A stretch of DNA of 62,755 nucleotides, filler included, from Chiloscyllium plagiosum (lineage: Eukaryota): NCBI RefSeq assembly GCF_004010195.1. It is 4 parts of one record of this genome, joined end to end, with 100 filler letters (N's around TTAATTAATTAA, not from the genome) between each part and the next. Parts side by side here need not be neighbours in the genome. Positions count along the whole stretch, not along the records: positions 48,286 to 60,906 come from NC_057712.1; positions 61,007 to 62,755 come from NC_057712.1; 2 more parts are not named here. One strand, 5' to 3'. Below, piece by piece: positions 49,925-62,585 of the stretch (its first letter is position 1; every line of letters starts with the position of its first letter). The notes under the pieces are model-generated. The model saw only the letters and a program-made list of their open reading frames with translations, was not told the DNA's origin and searched no databases. Position numbers and translations under genes: made by a program.

Positions 49925-51408
49925 GTCAGAACTTCAAGTGTGCCATTACTGTACTTAAAAAGGAACAATAACCCCCCCCCCCCTCCCCCTCCCCCTCCCC
50001 CTCCCCCTCCCAACACACCCCTCTCAGTGCCCAGGGCCTAAAAAACGCTGGCCCAGGGGTGTGTTGGGTTGTTATTTGGTCAGTCATCCACTTTCTGCCA
50101 CGGATTCATAGTTTGAGAATTGTAATTAATTTGTTTAAACTCCAATCTCAGTAAAAGTGACCATGGCACAGTTTAAATGTCATTTAAGTGCCTGGCTGAA
50201 TGACGGATGTTCCTCTGCGAAAGGAAGCCTGTTGTTGTTGTGACTCTGGGCCTACCAATGTGACTTGCATCCCAGCACAAAGTGGACCCACCAAACTATA
50301 CCCCATCAATCTGAGTGGTTCCGCCATCTCCTTTCGTATTTGCCAGATATTTGATAAATATCAGCCCTGTCCGTGTACCGGACATTTGTTAAAAGCAGAT
50401 TCTTTATTGGTTCGATCACAGAAAAGCAAACTAAGGCATTGTAGGGTTTTCTGGCTCTGTATAAGCCAGGCCTCAGTTGGTTGCAGTCCACGTCTCGTGA
50501 CAATAGCTTAAGTCAGAAGTTTGGAGGTTCAGGTACTAAAAGGCCCATATTTCAGTGCGGCATCAGAGGAATGCTGTAGGGTTGGTGGTATTGTCCTTTG
50601 GATGAAATGTTAAACTAAAGCCCTTTTTACCACTTCAGACAGCTGCAAAAGATCCAAATCATTTATCCCTCAATCCTCATCTGAAAAACAAACTGCCCAG
50701 CTTTGTTTTGTGAGAGTTTGTGACTGTCGCATTTCCTACATTATGACGTCATTACAAATGTAAAGAGCTTCATTCACTGTAAAGAGCTTTGAGTATCTGG
50801 TGGCAGTGAAAAGTGTTATAAAAGTGCAACATTTGCCTGACTTTGCTCGTCGTGATTTTAATCACTCCACTGTTGGCAGCTGTCCTGGCCCCATATTGTA
50901 GGATTTCTTCCTGAACATTGTCTGCTTCTCTCTTCTTTTAATGCACTGTAATCTAGCTCTCAGTCACCAATCTTTCATATGGTTCAGAATGCTGGTTTTG
51001 ATTGCAACGTTCCTGTGTAATGCTTTCAGATATTTTTCTATGTTACTGGTACTACGTAAATGCAAGATGCTGTTCACAACTATTGGGTTTCTCTTCTTGG
51101 CTGTTTGATCTGTGCATTGAGAGATTGGAAAAACTAGCTTGGACCTCACTAATCACAATCTCCAGAGATCCCACAACTCCATTTATATCAGTACAATACT
51201 CTTTTTTGTTTGAAATGTTGCAAATGAAAAAAAGAGGCCATTCCTTTAAATTAATTCTGGAGGTGTTAGTGCTTTTAGCAAGAATGGTATTTATTACCCA
51301 TCCCCTATTTTAATCACATTAAGCATGCCCTTTTCCCAAGGCATGACCTTTCTTGATCCAAACTGGAGTGCTTTCAGACTTAAAGCTGTGACTGTCTTGT
51401 TCCTGCAG

Positions 51409-51551
51409 GTGACTATGAGAAAGGGGTGGAGCACCTTACGAATGCTATAGCTGTGTGTGGGCAACCTCAGCAGCTCCTACAGGTGTTACAGCAGACCCTG
51501 CCTCCGCCTGTCTTTCAGATGCTCCTGACCAAACTGCCAACTATCAGCCAG
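51409..51551 (+). CDS. TOMM20: TOMM20 coding exon 4
   Basis: Acceptor cttgttcctgcAG, donor GTATAA; 143 bp; encodes GDYEKGVEHLTNAIAVCGQPQQLLQVLQQTLPPPVFQMLLTKLPTISQ. Confidence 0.98.
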
Positions 51552-52201
51552 GTATAACACAATGACCAGGTACAATTGGGGTGTGGGGGGGAGGTGTGAA
51601 CTGGCTTTTACTGGGGCAGGAGGATTATTTCTAGTGGTTTCCCACATTGTGGGGAATTTGGAGTGGGCTGGGAAGGGTGCTCTCTCACTAATTAAAGGAG
51701 CAGTGCTATGTCGAGGTCAGCCTCTGGTGCCCTTTGTGTTGATACTGTCTGCAACAATGCTGTAGGCCCTCCTGTCACAGCCGTTATGGTGGAATTGGGT
51801 TTGCCCGCATTTGTGATCGGCTGCAGCCAGTTTCCTTCCTGCTGGCTCATTCGGACTGGTATTGGAGAACGAAATAACACTCTTCAAGGTCTTGCCATTC
51901 ATCTTCAGTCTATTCTCTCAAGATTATCATTGTAAAGGATAGGGGGCAGAGAGACATCAGTGAGGCAGGGAGGTGGTGAGCACACAGAGGGGTGCACTAA
52001 TGTGATCGGAGGTCACAGTCAGGGTCAGGAACCAACAGTGCAGTCTCTCTGTGATGCTGGTGTGAATTGCAGCCTGTTATTGGTTAGGTGAAGTTTGCTT
52101 TTCCCAGCTGTGGTTTTCCCATCCTTTATGACCTGTGCTCACTCAGATGCTTGAAATGCCACGTCTGGTGTGGGGGCAAAGATGAGGACTCTTAACACAG
52201 C

Positions 52202-52335
52202 TGCATTCTGTAAACCCCTGGCTTGTTTTGTCTCACAACAAGTCGGACAAAATGGAATGCAAAATGAAAGCTCCAGAGAATTCCAAAGTGCTGAGCTTCA
52301 CTTGTGCTTTTCACTATTTCACCTCTCTGACAATT
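52202..52335 (+). ncRNA. SNORA14: H/ACA box snoRNA SNORA14, copy 2 (TOMM20 intron 4)
   Basis: Near-identical to 48715-48848; H box AAATGA at 52262-52267, ACA at 52330-52332; 3' hairpin and 18S guide pocket are identical to copy 1. Confidence 0.88.
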
Positions 52336-53030
52336 CCAAACAGAATCAGTGATCTCTAAGTGGCCATTTCCAAGTTTGAACCCAATTTGGAAAGTCCAGT
52401 GCAGGGTAAAGGCCTTGAGTTAGTGAGCTCTCTGCCGGCACTTTTATTCCATACTAAACTGCAGGAATGATTGTGGGAGAAGCTAGGTTACTTCAGTTGA
52501 ATATAGTATACTGACAAATAAAACTAAGATGGACAGGAGTGTATATCAGTGTGGGACACTGTGAGGAAGGACAGTTTGTTCCTGCAGTGATGGGGATGTT
52601 AAATGGCACCAGTGACTTCTTTCATTTCCCCATTACAATGTGACACTGCCATGCTGCTTAGTTTTTTTGGGTCAATTTGGGAAGAAGCTGACCTTTTGCT
52701 TTGGAATAGAAAGATATTTTTAGCTGAGTGAACCTTTAATACGCTTAATTATAGAAAGGAGAAAGAACCTGTATTTCTGTAGTGCCTTTCGTGATGGCAG
52801 CATGCTGTAAAGTACTTCATACCCAATGAAGTTTTTTTTAAGGAGTGTAGGCATTATAATGCAGGACAAGTGGAAGGCACTTTTACACAGAAGCTCCCAT
52901 AAACAGCGACCTGATAGCTGCTGGATAAATTGTAAGGGAATATTGATGAGGGATTGGGAATCTTAGTTTTTAAGTATTTTTCACAGCAGGGTTTGGTGAT
53001 TTCTAATCATTGTCTTGTCTTCCTCCACAG

Positions 53031-53075
53031 AGAATTGTGACTGCACAGGCTTTAGTTGAAGATGATGTGGAGTGA
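53031..53075 (+). CDS. TOMM20: TOMM20 last coding exon (exon 5), to stop codon
   Basis: Acceptor tcttcctccacAG; encodes RIVTAQALVEDDVE-TGA with the TOM20 C-terminal EDDVE. Phases are consistent across all four exons. Confidence 0.96.
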   Translation, partial: RIVTAQALVEDDVE

Positions 53076-53473
53076 AGTGGGTTTCCTGTGATAATTGGCA
53101 ATGTGAGCAGTGATCTCACCTTCCAGTCCTGTCTCTCTCTCTACATTTAGCACAAAAGTGGACTCTGAATTGATTTTGGGAAATTTGTCATTCTCACTGC
53201 TAAAAGTTCCTGTTGCGTCACTTTATTTATTTCGCACCTGTGTTTTAATACTAATTCACTGGATACCATATTGCAGTTGTACTGCTGAATGTCATCTGTT
53301 TCTTGGCGTAACTCTTGTCAGGGGTGTAATCCTATACAGACAGAGTATATTGTGGTGTACACTAGAAGAGTCTGCTCCTTGCACACCAGGAACTTGCTGC
53401 CAGACAGTTCCCCAATCTCCCTGCTCCACTGCTGCTTGGTTCAAATGGATGCTGTTGTACTTCAGAGATTTTT

Positions 53474-53479
53474 AATAAA
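53474..53479 (+). promoter_or_regulatory. Candidate TOMM20 polyadenylation signal (3' UTR about 53076-53500)
   Basis: AATAAA about 400 nt after the stop codon, before repeat sequence resumes. Usage is not shown by sequence alone. Confidence 0.5.
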
Positions 53480-53699
53480 TTTATTCAATCAAATGCAGCC
53501 CTCTGCAGTCTTTTTCAAAAGTAAGTGATGTAAAGGGACATGTACTTGGTAAACATACACCATGATAAAGCATACCTCAACCATTATATCTTATAATCAA
53601 AATCTTAATTTCAAATTTTTATTTTAATTTCCACCTCCTGCCATGGCAGGATTTGAACCTGGGTCCCCAGATCATTTCCTAGTTCACTGGATTAATGCA

Positions 53700-54770
53700 C
53701 AAGCAAGAAAATGCCAAAGAGTATTCTCATATGTATGGATAATGTTATTGTGATACATGTGGACTTCTAAAAGGCATTTTATAAAGTGCTCCATAACAGA
53801 TTTGTGAACAAAGTTAGAGCTCCTGGAAGAGAACAGGCAATAGCAACATAAAATGAGCCTCTGTGACAGGGAGCAGCTTTTCAAACTGGACAGAGATTTG
53901 TTGTGGAGTTCCTCAGTATTGGGAGTCTTATTTGACGTGATATTTATTGATGTAAAGGGCACAATTTCAAAAATTAGGAATCATATGAAACGTGCAAATT
54001 TTGGAATCAGAGGAGGATGCTTTAGGATGCTTTGATCTTCTAAAGGACAGATCCAGTTGGTGAAATGGTTGGGAGATGGCAAATGTAATGATTCATTTGA
54101 TAAGAAGAACATGTTGAGGCAATATCAAATAAAGGACCCAATTCAAAAGCAAGAGCAAGAATCATTGAAGGGCGGGGGAGGAACAAGTTGAAAGAACATT
54201 TAGTAAAGTGTATGTAATCCTTGGCTTTATCAGTGGGGTTGAAGATTATGAAAGCACTACAGTTATGAAAAACCTTTTTATAAAACAATGCTTTGGTCTC
54301 AATTGGCATTTTGTGTCCAGTCTGGCCACCACACTTTCAGAAGGATTTGAGAGGTGTTAGTAAAGTTGCAGAGAAGATTCTCGTGAATGGTCCCAGAAAT
54401 GAGAAACTTCAGTTGAATAGCTTGGAGAAGCTGAGATGGTTTTCATTGAAGCAAAAAAGGTTTGTGAGTAGGTTTGATAGAAGAATTCAAAATGATGTGT
54501 TTGGGCAGAGTGGATAGAGAAACTGTTCTCATTGGTAGAGGGATTTCAAACAAATGGTGCAGGTTTATGGTAATTAGTAAAGGAAGCAATGGTGATAGAA
54601 CGTAAATTGTTTTAGAGAGTGGCTAGAGTCTGGAATGCACGGCTTGGGAATATGGTGAAGGTGGATTCAGTCAAGGCATTCAACAAGAAACTGAATCACT
54701 ATATGAAAAAAAAGTATTGCAGGGCCTTAAGGAAAATAGGTGGCTGGACTAGCGAACTGCTCCTTCAGGA
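53700..54770 (+). mobile_element. Old CR1 RT/3' fragment
   Basis: Decayed D..KAF, CPVWPPHFQKD and RVWNARL motifs. Confidence 0.65.
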
Positions 54771-55371
54771 AGAAACCAGAGTTCCCAGGGAGAATTGTAA
54801 ACTCCAGACAGACTGTCACCCAAGGGTGAAATCAAACGTAGGTCCCTGATACTGTGAGGCAGCAGTGTTACCCAGTGAGGCACTCGCTGTCATGGGCACA
54901 CTTTTACTGACTCATTCACTCATTTTCTCATGTGCATACTTTAAAACATTCTGACACACTCATTCACTGTCACACATTCACTCACGTACTTTCTCACGCA
55001 TGCACACTCACTGTCACACACGCTGTCACTTACATATTCACTTTCAAACACATGCTCACTTCCTCTTTCATGCACACATTCACTGACTCACTCGTACACA
55101 CTTGTGCATTCTATCTTAAGATGCTCATTAACACAGCCCTGTATGACATTTCTGGTCGCTTGATGTACCGTCTCATCTGCCTCTGTATGTGATTCTACAT
55201 ACAGTTAGTTACACTTCTATAAATTCAGATTATTAATAAAATACACATTGTACATTCATTATATAGCAGCTTTCTGGAGGAGACTGCTCAGACCAAATGG
55301 GTACGATACCAGTGTCCAGTTAGAATGGTCAGCAAATCCTCTCCCTTCATCCAGTCATAACATTTCTAAGT

Positions 55372-55673
55372 TTAGATTACTTACAGTGTGGAAACAGGCC
55401 CTTCGGCCCAACAAGTCCACACTGACCCGCCGAAGCGCAACCCACCCATACCCCTACATTTACCCCTTATTACCTAACACTAAGGGCAATTTAGCATAGC
55501 CAATTCACCTAACCTGCACATCTTTGTGACTGTGGGAGGAATCCGGAGGAAACCCACGCAGACACGGGGAGAACGTGCAAACTCCACACAGTCAGTCGCC
55601 TGAGTCGGGAATTGAACCCGGGTCTCTGGCGCTGTGAGGCAGCAGTGCTAACCACTGTGCCACCGTGCCGCCC
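55372..55673 (-). mobile_element. HE1-type V-SINE, full length, young
   Basis: Reverse complement is closely similar to 33215-33525. Confidence 0.93.
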
Positions 55674-56131
55674 ACTTATACCACTTTCTGATCAATCCCC
55701 ATATCCTTTAAGGAAGTCTGTCTTTCTTTTTAAATAAATCAGCTCCTGTAATAACCTCCGTGTGGAGATGTTACTCTCGAATGTGTTTTGTGATTAATCT
55801 GTGCCCCCTCTTGTCTTTCGATTGTTACTGGAAGAGTTTGTTTCAGAATTATCTTTGTATAACCCTTCATAATCAGGAAGGCGTTACAATATTGCCTAAA
55901 TCAAAGACTTGCACTTTTCTTAACTGTGGGGTATTCTGAAGCACTTGACAGCCATTGAGGAGCATTTGAAATATTGCCACTGTTGTAATGTAAGAAATGC
56001 AATGGCCAATTTGTGCATAATGCAATCCCACAATGACAGAATTATTTTTATGATGAAAACTGAGGGATAGCCATTAAGCAGGGATTTGGGGCAAAACTAC
56101 CTGCTCCCCTTCAGTGAGCCTTATGTTTTAT

Positions 56132-57930
56132 ATCATAGTCATACAGCATGGAAACAGACCCTTCGGTCCAACCATGTTCCCAAACTAAACGAAGTCCCAC
56201 CTGCCTGCGCTTGCCTATTCATGCACTTATCCAAATGTCTTTTAAATGTTATAACTGTATCCACATCCACCACTTTCTCTGGCAGTTTGTTCCACACACA
56301 AGCCACGTTCTGTGTAAATAAAGTTACTTCTCATCTTTTTAAAAGTTTCTCCTCAACTTAAATATATGCTTCCTAGTCTTGACCTCTGCCACCCTTGGGA
56401 AAAGGCACCACCTGCCATTCCCCTTATCTATACCCCTCATGATTTTATAAACCACTATAAGGTCACCCCTCAATCTCCTACGCTCCGGTGAAAAATGGTC
56501 CCAGCCCATCCAGCCTCTCCTTATAACTCAAACCTCCATTCCTGGCAACATCCCAGTAAATCTCTCCTTGAACCCTCTCCAGCTTAATAATACGCTTCCT
56601 ATAATAGGAGAAGGTGAGGTCTGCAGATGCTGAAGATCAGAGCTGGAAATGTGTTGCTGGAAAAGCGCAGCAGGTCAGGCAGCATCCACGGAACAGGAGA
56701 ATCGACGTTTCGGGCATAAGCCCTTCTTCAGGAATGGGGAAAGTTTGTCCAGCAGGCTAAGATAAAAGGTAGGGAGGAGGGACTTGGGAGAGGGGCATTG
56801 GAAATGTGATAGGTTGAAAGAGGTCAAGGTGAGGGTGATAGATCAGACTGGGGTGGGGGCGGAGAGGTCGGGAAGAAGATCTCAGGTTAGGAAGGCGGTG
56901 CTGAATTCGATGGATTAGACTGAGACAAGGTGGGGGGACAGGAAATGAGGAAACTGGTGAAATCGGAGTTCATCCCTTGTGGTTGGAGGGTTCCTAGCCG
57001 GAAGATGAGGCGTTCTTCCGCCAACTGTCGTTTTGTTGTGGTCACCTTGTTTAAGAAGGAATATATTTACATAAGAGGCTGTTCGAAGCATGTTCACTGG
57101 ATTGGTTCCAGGATTAAAGGAACTATCCAAAGAGGAAAGATTGAATAGACTATAACTGAAATCATGAAAGTTTAAAAGAATGAGATGTGATCTTATTGAA
57201 ATAAGTAAGATACTGAGGGGGCTTGACAAGAGGATGTTTCCCCTTTCTGGGTATCTAAAACTAGGCAAATTGAGGCATTTAATTTCAGAATAAGAATTCA
57301 CCCATTTACCATGGATCTCTCACTCATACCCTCCTTACCCTTTCCCCCTCAGCCATCATGTATTTTACGGACAAGAGTTACAAACATTATCATAATCTTT
57401 GAGAGGCATTGATTAGCACACCAGTTTCCCGGAGTAATTTTTAAAATTATCCAAAGCAGTTATGTAAATATTGCAAATCACTTGTAAGATGACTAGGCCG
57501 TTGGATTGCAGTCAAAAGCACATAACACTCCACAATTAAACTAAAGTTTTCAGAATTGCAATCTCAACAGAAGTCTAGACTGAATTCAGTCAAATCCATC
57601 GAACTCAGCACCGCCTTCCTAACCTGCAATCTTCTTCCCGACCTCTCCGCCCCCACCCCCGTCTGACCTATCACCCTCACCTTGACCTCTTTCCACCTAT
57701 CACATTTCCGACGCCCCTCCCCCAAGTCCCTCCTCCCTACCTTTTATCTTAGCCTGCTGGACAAACTTTCCCCATTCCTGAAGAAGGGCTTATGCCCGAA
57801 ACGTCGACTCTCCTGTTCCGTGGATGCTGCCTGACCTGCTGCGCTTTTCCAGCAACACATTTCCAGCTCTTCCTATAATGGGGTGACCAGAACTGGACAC
57901 AGTATTCCAGAAGAGGCCTCGCCATCATCC
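56132..57930 (-). mobile_element. CR1 3' fragment interrupted at 56606-57868
   Basis: CR1 tail at 56132; sequence resumes at 57869 (TTCCTATAATGGGGTGACCAGAACTGGACACAGTATTCC). Confidence 0.82.
56606..57868. mobile_element. Composite Penelope-like insertion: about 280-bp inverted arms with hammerheads around about 550 bp of unrelated DNA
   Basis: Left arm 56606-57030 includes the GIY-YIG C-terminus RQLAEERLIFRLGTLQPQGMNSDF (minus); right arm 57586-57868. HHR at 56704-56731 (-) and 57778-57805 (+). TSD CTTCCTATAAT at 56595-56605 and 57869-57879. Confidence 0.85.
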
Positions 57931-59508
57931 ACTTACACAGAGAGAGGGGTCCTTGGTTTGTTATTCAGCACGGAAGGAGAATAGCCAGCCTGTGTAAGCT
58001 CTTTAGTGGAACTATATTATCTCTATGCCTTTTTCTCTCCATAGCTCTATAATTATTGGGTATTTAATTAATTCTGAATGTTGCTATTGAATCTGTGACC
58101 ACTCTGCCTTTGGGCAGTGCTCCCCTCGTCAGAACAAGAAGAGACATCCGCAAGTCAGCTGTGTGTCTTTTGCTTATCACCTTAAATCTCTGCCCTCTAG
58201 TTAAACATTTTAAATAAAAAGCAGCATCTCTGCCAGTGCAGCAAGAAGAATGATAAGTAGACACATCCAGTCCTATAGTGGGATTTGAAACAACTAACTT
58301 CTGACCCAGAGACAAGAGTGCACCTCTCGCTGAATCAGCCATAGATGTTTAAAACTTCGAATATAATGGTTTCTTAATTGAGGGGTGGTGTTTGATGGTG
58401 AGTGGGAGGTGTGATGTGTGGAGGAGTGTTTACATATCTCTGAGCTGTGTCAAGGTGTGGGCGTCACATTAAGTAAACGCCCTCCACACAGCTCCGCAAT
58501 GGTATTCTCAGGGCAAGTAAATGAGCAAGAACATGTAAAATTGTTTTTTTCATTCCACAGTGTTGGGCAAACGTGACATTGAGTGACAAGACGCCATTTT
58601 ATTCCAAACGCTGCAATGCTGTAGCATTTCCACAAGGTGGGGCTGTTCCTCCACATGTCAAACAAATGGTGGTGTGGTTCCATACTTCCCATTGAAGCAA
58701 GGCTGTCAAATGCTCAATGTAGGGTTTAAATATTCCTCTACTGTGCTTGCTCCTTGTGGAGAGATGTCCCCATCTTGTCAGGCTGTTTGGATAATACAGT
58801 TTGGGAGGAGTAACATCCGAAAATGCTTTACAGACAAAAAGAGCAACAACTTGTATATGGCTCCCAAAGATACCCACCAGATCCATTATCACATAAAATT
58901 TTATACTGAGCCTCAAGGACAGAAAACTTGAGAAGGAAAGTTGGAGGAATATCTTAGAGAGATTTGAGCAAAGGAAGAGAATTTTAAAACTGAGCCATTT
59001 CCTAAATGGGAGCTGGTGCAGGTCAGTAAGCCACAGTGGTGACAGGGAGTGACTGTGAGCTCTGGTGTGGGCAGCACGTCTCCAGTTCCAAGGTCACGAT
59101 GTGAGAGAGCAGCTAGGAGTCCTCCTGTTCGAGGTGATGAAGGTACAAGTGAGGATTTTATCAGGAGTGAGCCGAACCAGAGATAAAGGGAGGCAGAGGT
59201 AAGGAGGGAGAATGAGGCAGCCACAGTGATGCCATGAGCAATGGTCAGAAACACATCCTGGAATCCAATCTGACATCTGAGCCGAAGAGATTCTGGTAAA
59301 ATCACAGTCTGTTGTGTGGATGTTCAAGGATCAGCCTGAGCGGACCCCAGGGGAAGTGGTGCAGCAGCAAGGAGAGAAACTGTCACGAGATTCTCTGGCC
59401 TTTCTCTGAATGAAAGTGCCAGTTACACAGCAGGATGCCACAATAAGCAATAAGATTCATGACTAGTTCGACAGCTTTATAGAGGTGTTGGTCAAAACAG
59501 AAACATTG

Positions 59509-59637
59509 ATCCTTGAAGAAGGGCTTATGCCCGAAACGTCGATTCTCCTGTTCCCTGGATGCTGCCTGACCTGCTGCGCTTTTCCAGCAACACATTTTCA
59601 GCTCTGATCTCCAGCATCTGCAGTCCTCACTTTCTCC
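59509..59637 (+). mobile_element. Solo Penelope-like pLTR with perfect 17-bp TSD
   Basis: TCAAAACAGAAACATTG at 59492-59508 and 59638-59654; the core reads TTGAAGA, so the first C is altered. Confidence 0.88.
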
Positions 59638-60674
59638 TCAAAACAGAAACATTGCCAAGATGCTGGGGATATAACCCCTGTATCCTTTGAATACGGGATT
59701 GTTCACATCTCCCTGAGAGGCCGACTTTGGCTCGTGTCCAGTAACTGAACTGAGAGGCAGTCTGGGTCAGATATGGGTCTGGGGTTCTCAAGCTAACCTG
59801 AGAGAACAGGAGACAGAGGCTCCAGGGCAGCTAGTAACGGCCTGTCAGGCACCTGGTTCCTTGGAGACATCTTGGAATAAATGTCTGACTGCCTCCAGCT
59901 CACAGTTTGTGGTTAAGAAACAGTTTGGTTTATTTGGACCACAGTTTGGATTACAGCCAGCCTGTGGAAAGCCCCGCATTTGCAGATGACAGCAGCAATT
60001 AAACCAAACAAAAGTCCCTCCAGCTTCTCTTGCTCGCGCTCTCCTTGTCTGACTTTTATGATCAATAACTCCCCCGTCTATCCCTCAGAAACAGAGCCGA
60101 GCCCACAATGCCACAAGAAGTAGGAGGGGGCAGGATCTGCTGTGGAACAGTTACTCATTGTTTCAGATTTTGCTGCAGAGACACACAGGATTATGCCTCG
60201 CAATCATTTGTGTAAAAGGTAGCTCTTTCAAAGGGCTTGCACAGGAAATGTGGGCTGAGTGGCCTCCTTTTCTGGGGGGGGGGGCAGGTTCCACGGAATA
60301 GGAGGAGGCCATACAACTCCTCAACGAGCCAATTATATCAAATCTGATTCTTGACATCACTGTGTAGCTCCCTATTTTAATTCCATAACTCTCAAATTCT
60401 CTTATTACAGGGAAATCTAGAATTTGAATTAGATTTTATTGTTGCAAAGTACAGGAATCCAAGAGTACAGTGAAACGCGTACAATGTCGCCATTCCAGGC
60501 ACCACCTGAGGTATGATGTACAAAAGTAAAGAAATAAAGTTTAAAAATCACCAATAAAGTTGTCCTGTGCTTAACCATGCCGGTCCTGTACTCCCAATAA
60601 AAGCTCCATCTCATCCATGTTGGGTTCAGTCTCCCACACTCGCTGCAGCCGTTACTGGGAGACAGCTATCACTG

Positions 60675-60906
60675 CCACACTCCCCCCACCAGACGACACA
60701 GAGCTCACTCTCGCCACCCACCCCAACACGGGGCTCACTCCCCCCACACCCCGACACCCACATCACTCCCTGCCCCATCCCACCCCCACACTGAGCTCAC
60801 TCCCCCCCACACTGAGCTCACTCTCCTCCCCCCACACTGACCTCACTCTCCTCCCCCCACACTGAGCTCACTTTCCCCCACACTGAGCTCACTCTTCCCC
60901 ACACTG
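60675..60906. repeat. About 21-bp minisatellite (CCCCCACACTGAGCTCACTCT)
   Basis: Visible tandem units running into the spacer. Confidence 0.85.
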
Positions 60907-61006
60907 NNNNNNNNNNNNNNNNNNNNNNNNNNNNNNNNNNNNNNNNNNNNTTAATTAATTAANNNNNNNNNNNNNNNNNNNNNNNNNNNNNNNNNNNNNN
61001 NNNNNN
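60907..61006. other. Artificial contig-joining spacer
   Basis: N44-TTAATTAATTAA-N44. Confidence 0.95.
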
Positions 61007-61207
61007 ATGAGAGGGGGGGCGGGGTGGGGAGAAAGTAGCATAGCTCTATGCTACTTTCTCCCCACCCCCACCCTCCTCTCATTCATCTCTCCACCTTTGA
61101 GGCAATCTGCCTGTATTCCTGATGAAGGGCTTTTGTCTGAAACGTCGATTTTCCTGCTCCTCGGATGCTGCCTGAACTGCTGTGCTTTTCCAGCACCACT
61201 CTAATCC
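61007..61207. mobile_element. Penelope-like pLTR with hammerhead (61119-61146, +) and fold-back junction
   Basis: GGGGTGGGGAGAAAGTAGCATAG|CTCTATGCTACTTTCTCCCCACCCC hairpin, then CTGATGA-AGGGC-TTTT-GTCT-GAAA-CG-TC. Confidence 0.8.
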
Positions 61208-61209
61208 CA

Positions 61210-62585
61210 AGCCTTGGCATTGCAAGTGCTCACCTAAATATTTCTGAACAGTTATGAAGGTTTCTGCTTCTACCTCCCTTACAGGCAGTGTGGACCAAAT
61301 TCCCACCATCCTCTGAGTCTGAACCTCCCGTCCCTTACCTTAGATTGATGCCTCCTGGTCATTGATCCCTCCATCTAGAGGAGACGGACCTTCCATTCTA
61401 TCCTGTCTATGCTTCTCATGATTTTATACAGCTCAATCACTTTTCTTTGCTCCAAGGAAACCAACCCCAATCTATTCAATCACTCTTCATAATTAAATTT
61501 CTTCAGCCTAGGCAGAATCCTGGTAAATGTCTTCTACACCTCTTCCAGTGCAATCACATCCTTCTTATAATATGGATTCCAGAACTGCACAGAGTGCTCT
61601 AAATGTGGCCTAACCAACTTTTTATACTGTTCCTACATATTGTCCCTACTTTAACACTCTGCTTTGGCTGTATAGGGAAGTATCCCTTCTGCCTCTTTAG
61701 CCATTTGAACTACCTATCTCACTACAATAAGGGACCAGTGTACATGCATTGCAAGTCCCTCGGATCCTCTGGGCTTCCCAGGTCCCTGCTGTACATCATG
61801 TATTCCCTTGCCTTGTTTGTCCAGCCCAAATGCCTCATACTTCACACTTACCTGGATTGAATTCCATTTGGGAGAAAGTGAGGACTGCAGATGCTGGAGA
61901 TCAGAGCTGAAAATGTGTTGCTGGAAAAGCGCAGCAGGTCAGGGAGCTTCTTCAAGGAAGGCATGCTGACCTGCTGCACTTTTCCAGCAACACATTTTCA
62001 GTTTTGAATTCCATTTGCCACTGATCAGCCCATCTAGCCAGCTCACCTATATTGTCCTGTAATCTAAGGCTATCTTCCTCCCTATTTACCACCCCAACAA
62101 TTTTTATACCATTCGCAAAATTATCACTCTTTTATTGAAATCTAAATCATTTATATATATATATATATATACCACAAACCGCAAGTGCCCCAATTCTAAT
62201 CTCTCTTGAATGCCATTGCTCAAGGAATTCAGTCTCAAAAACACTCCTGAACCATCACCCTCTGCTTTCTGCCACTCAGGATCTAATTGGACAAAGTTCC
62301 TTGTATCCCATAGATTCTTACCATCGTCATCAGCTTTCCATGTGGCACCTTATCAAAAGCCTTGCTGAAATCATTGAGTCACAGTGTCATGGAGTCATGC
62401 AATATCAAAACAGACCCTTCGGTCCAACTAGTTTATGCTGACCAGGTTTCCCAAACTAAACTAGCTCTGAATTTGCCCCATACCCCTCTAAATCTTTTCT
62501 ATTCATTTATCTGTCCAAATGTTTTTTAAATGTTGCAACTGTATCTGCATCTACCAAGTCCAAGTAGACTATGTCAAATGCATTG
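61210..62585 (-). mobile_element. Old CR1 fragment with a nested pLTR cassette and a nested CR1 tail (about 62375-62555)
   Basis: CCAGAACTGCACAGAGTGCTCTAA, TTGAATTCCATTTGCCAC and CCTTATCAAAAGCCTTGCTGAAATC are reverse-strand CR1 RT motifs. Confidence 0.75.
61871..62003. mobile_element. Penelope-like inverted pLTR mini-cassette with perfect 14-bp TSD
   Basis: TTGAATTCCATTTG at 61857-61870 and 62004-62017. Confidence 0.88.

Noticed and set aside
50340..50510. Third intronic snoRNA in TOMM20 intron 3
   Set aside because: Small hairpins and an ACA are present, but I could not establish a two-hairpin H/ACA fold or a guide target.
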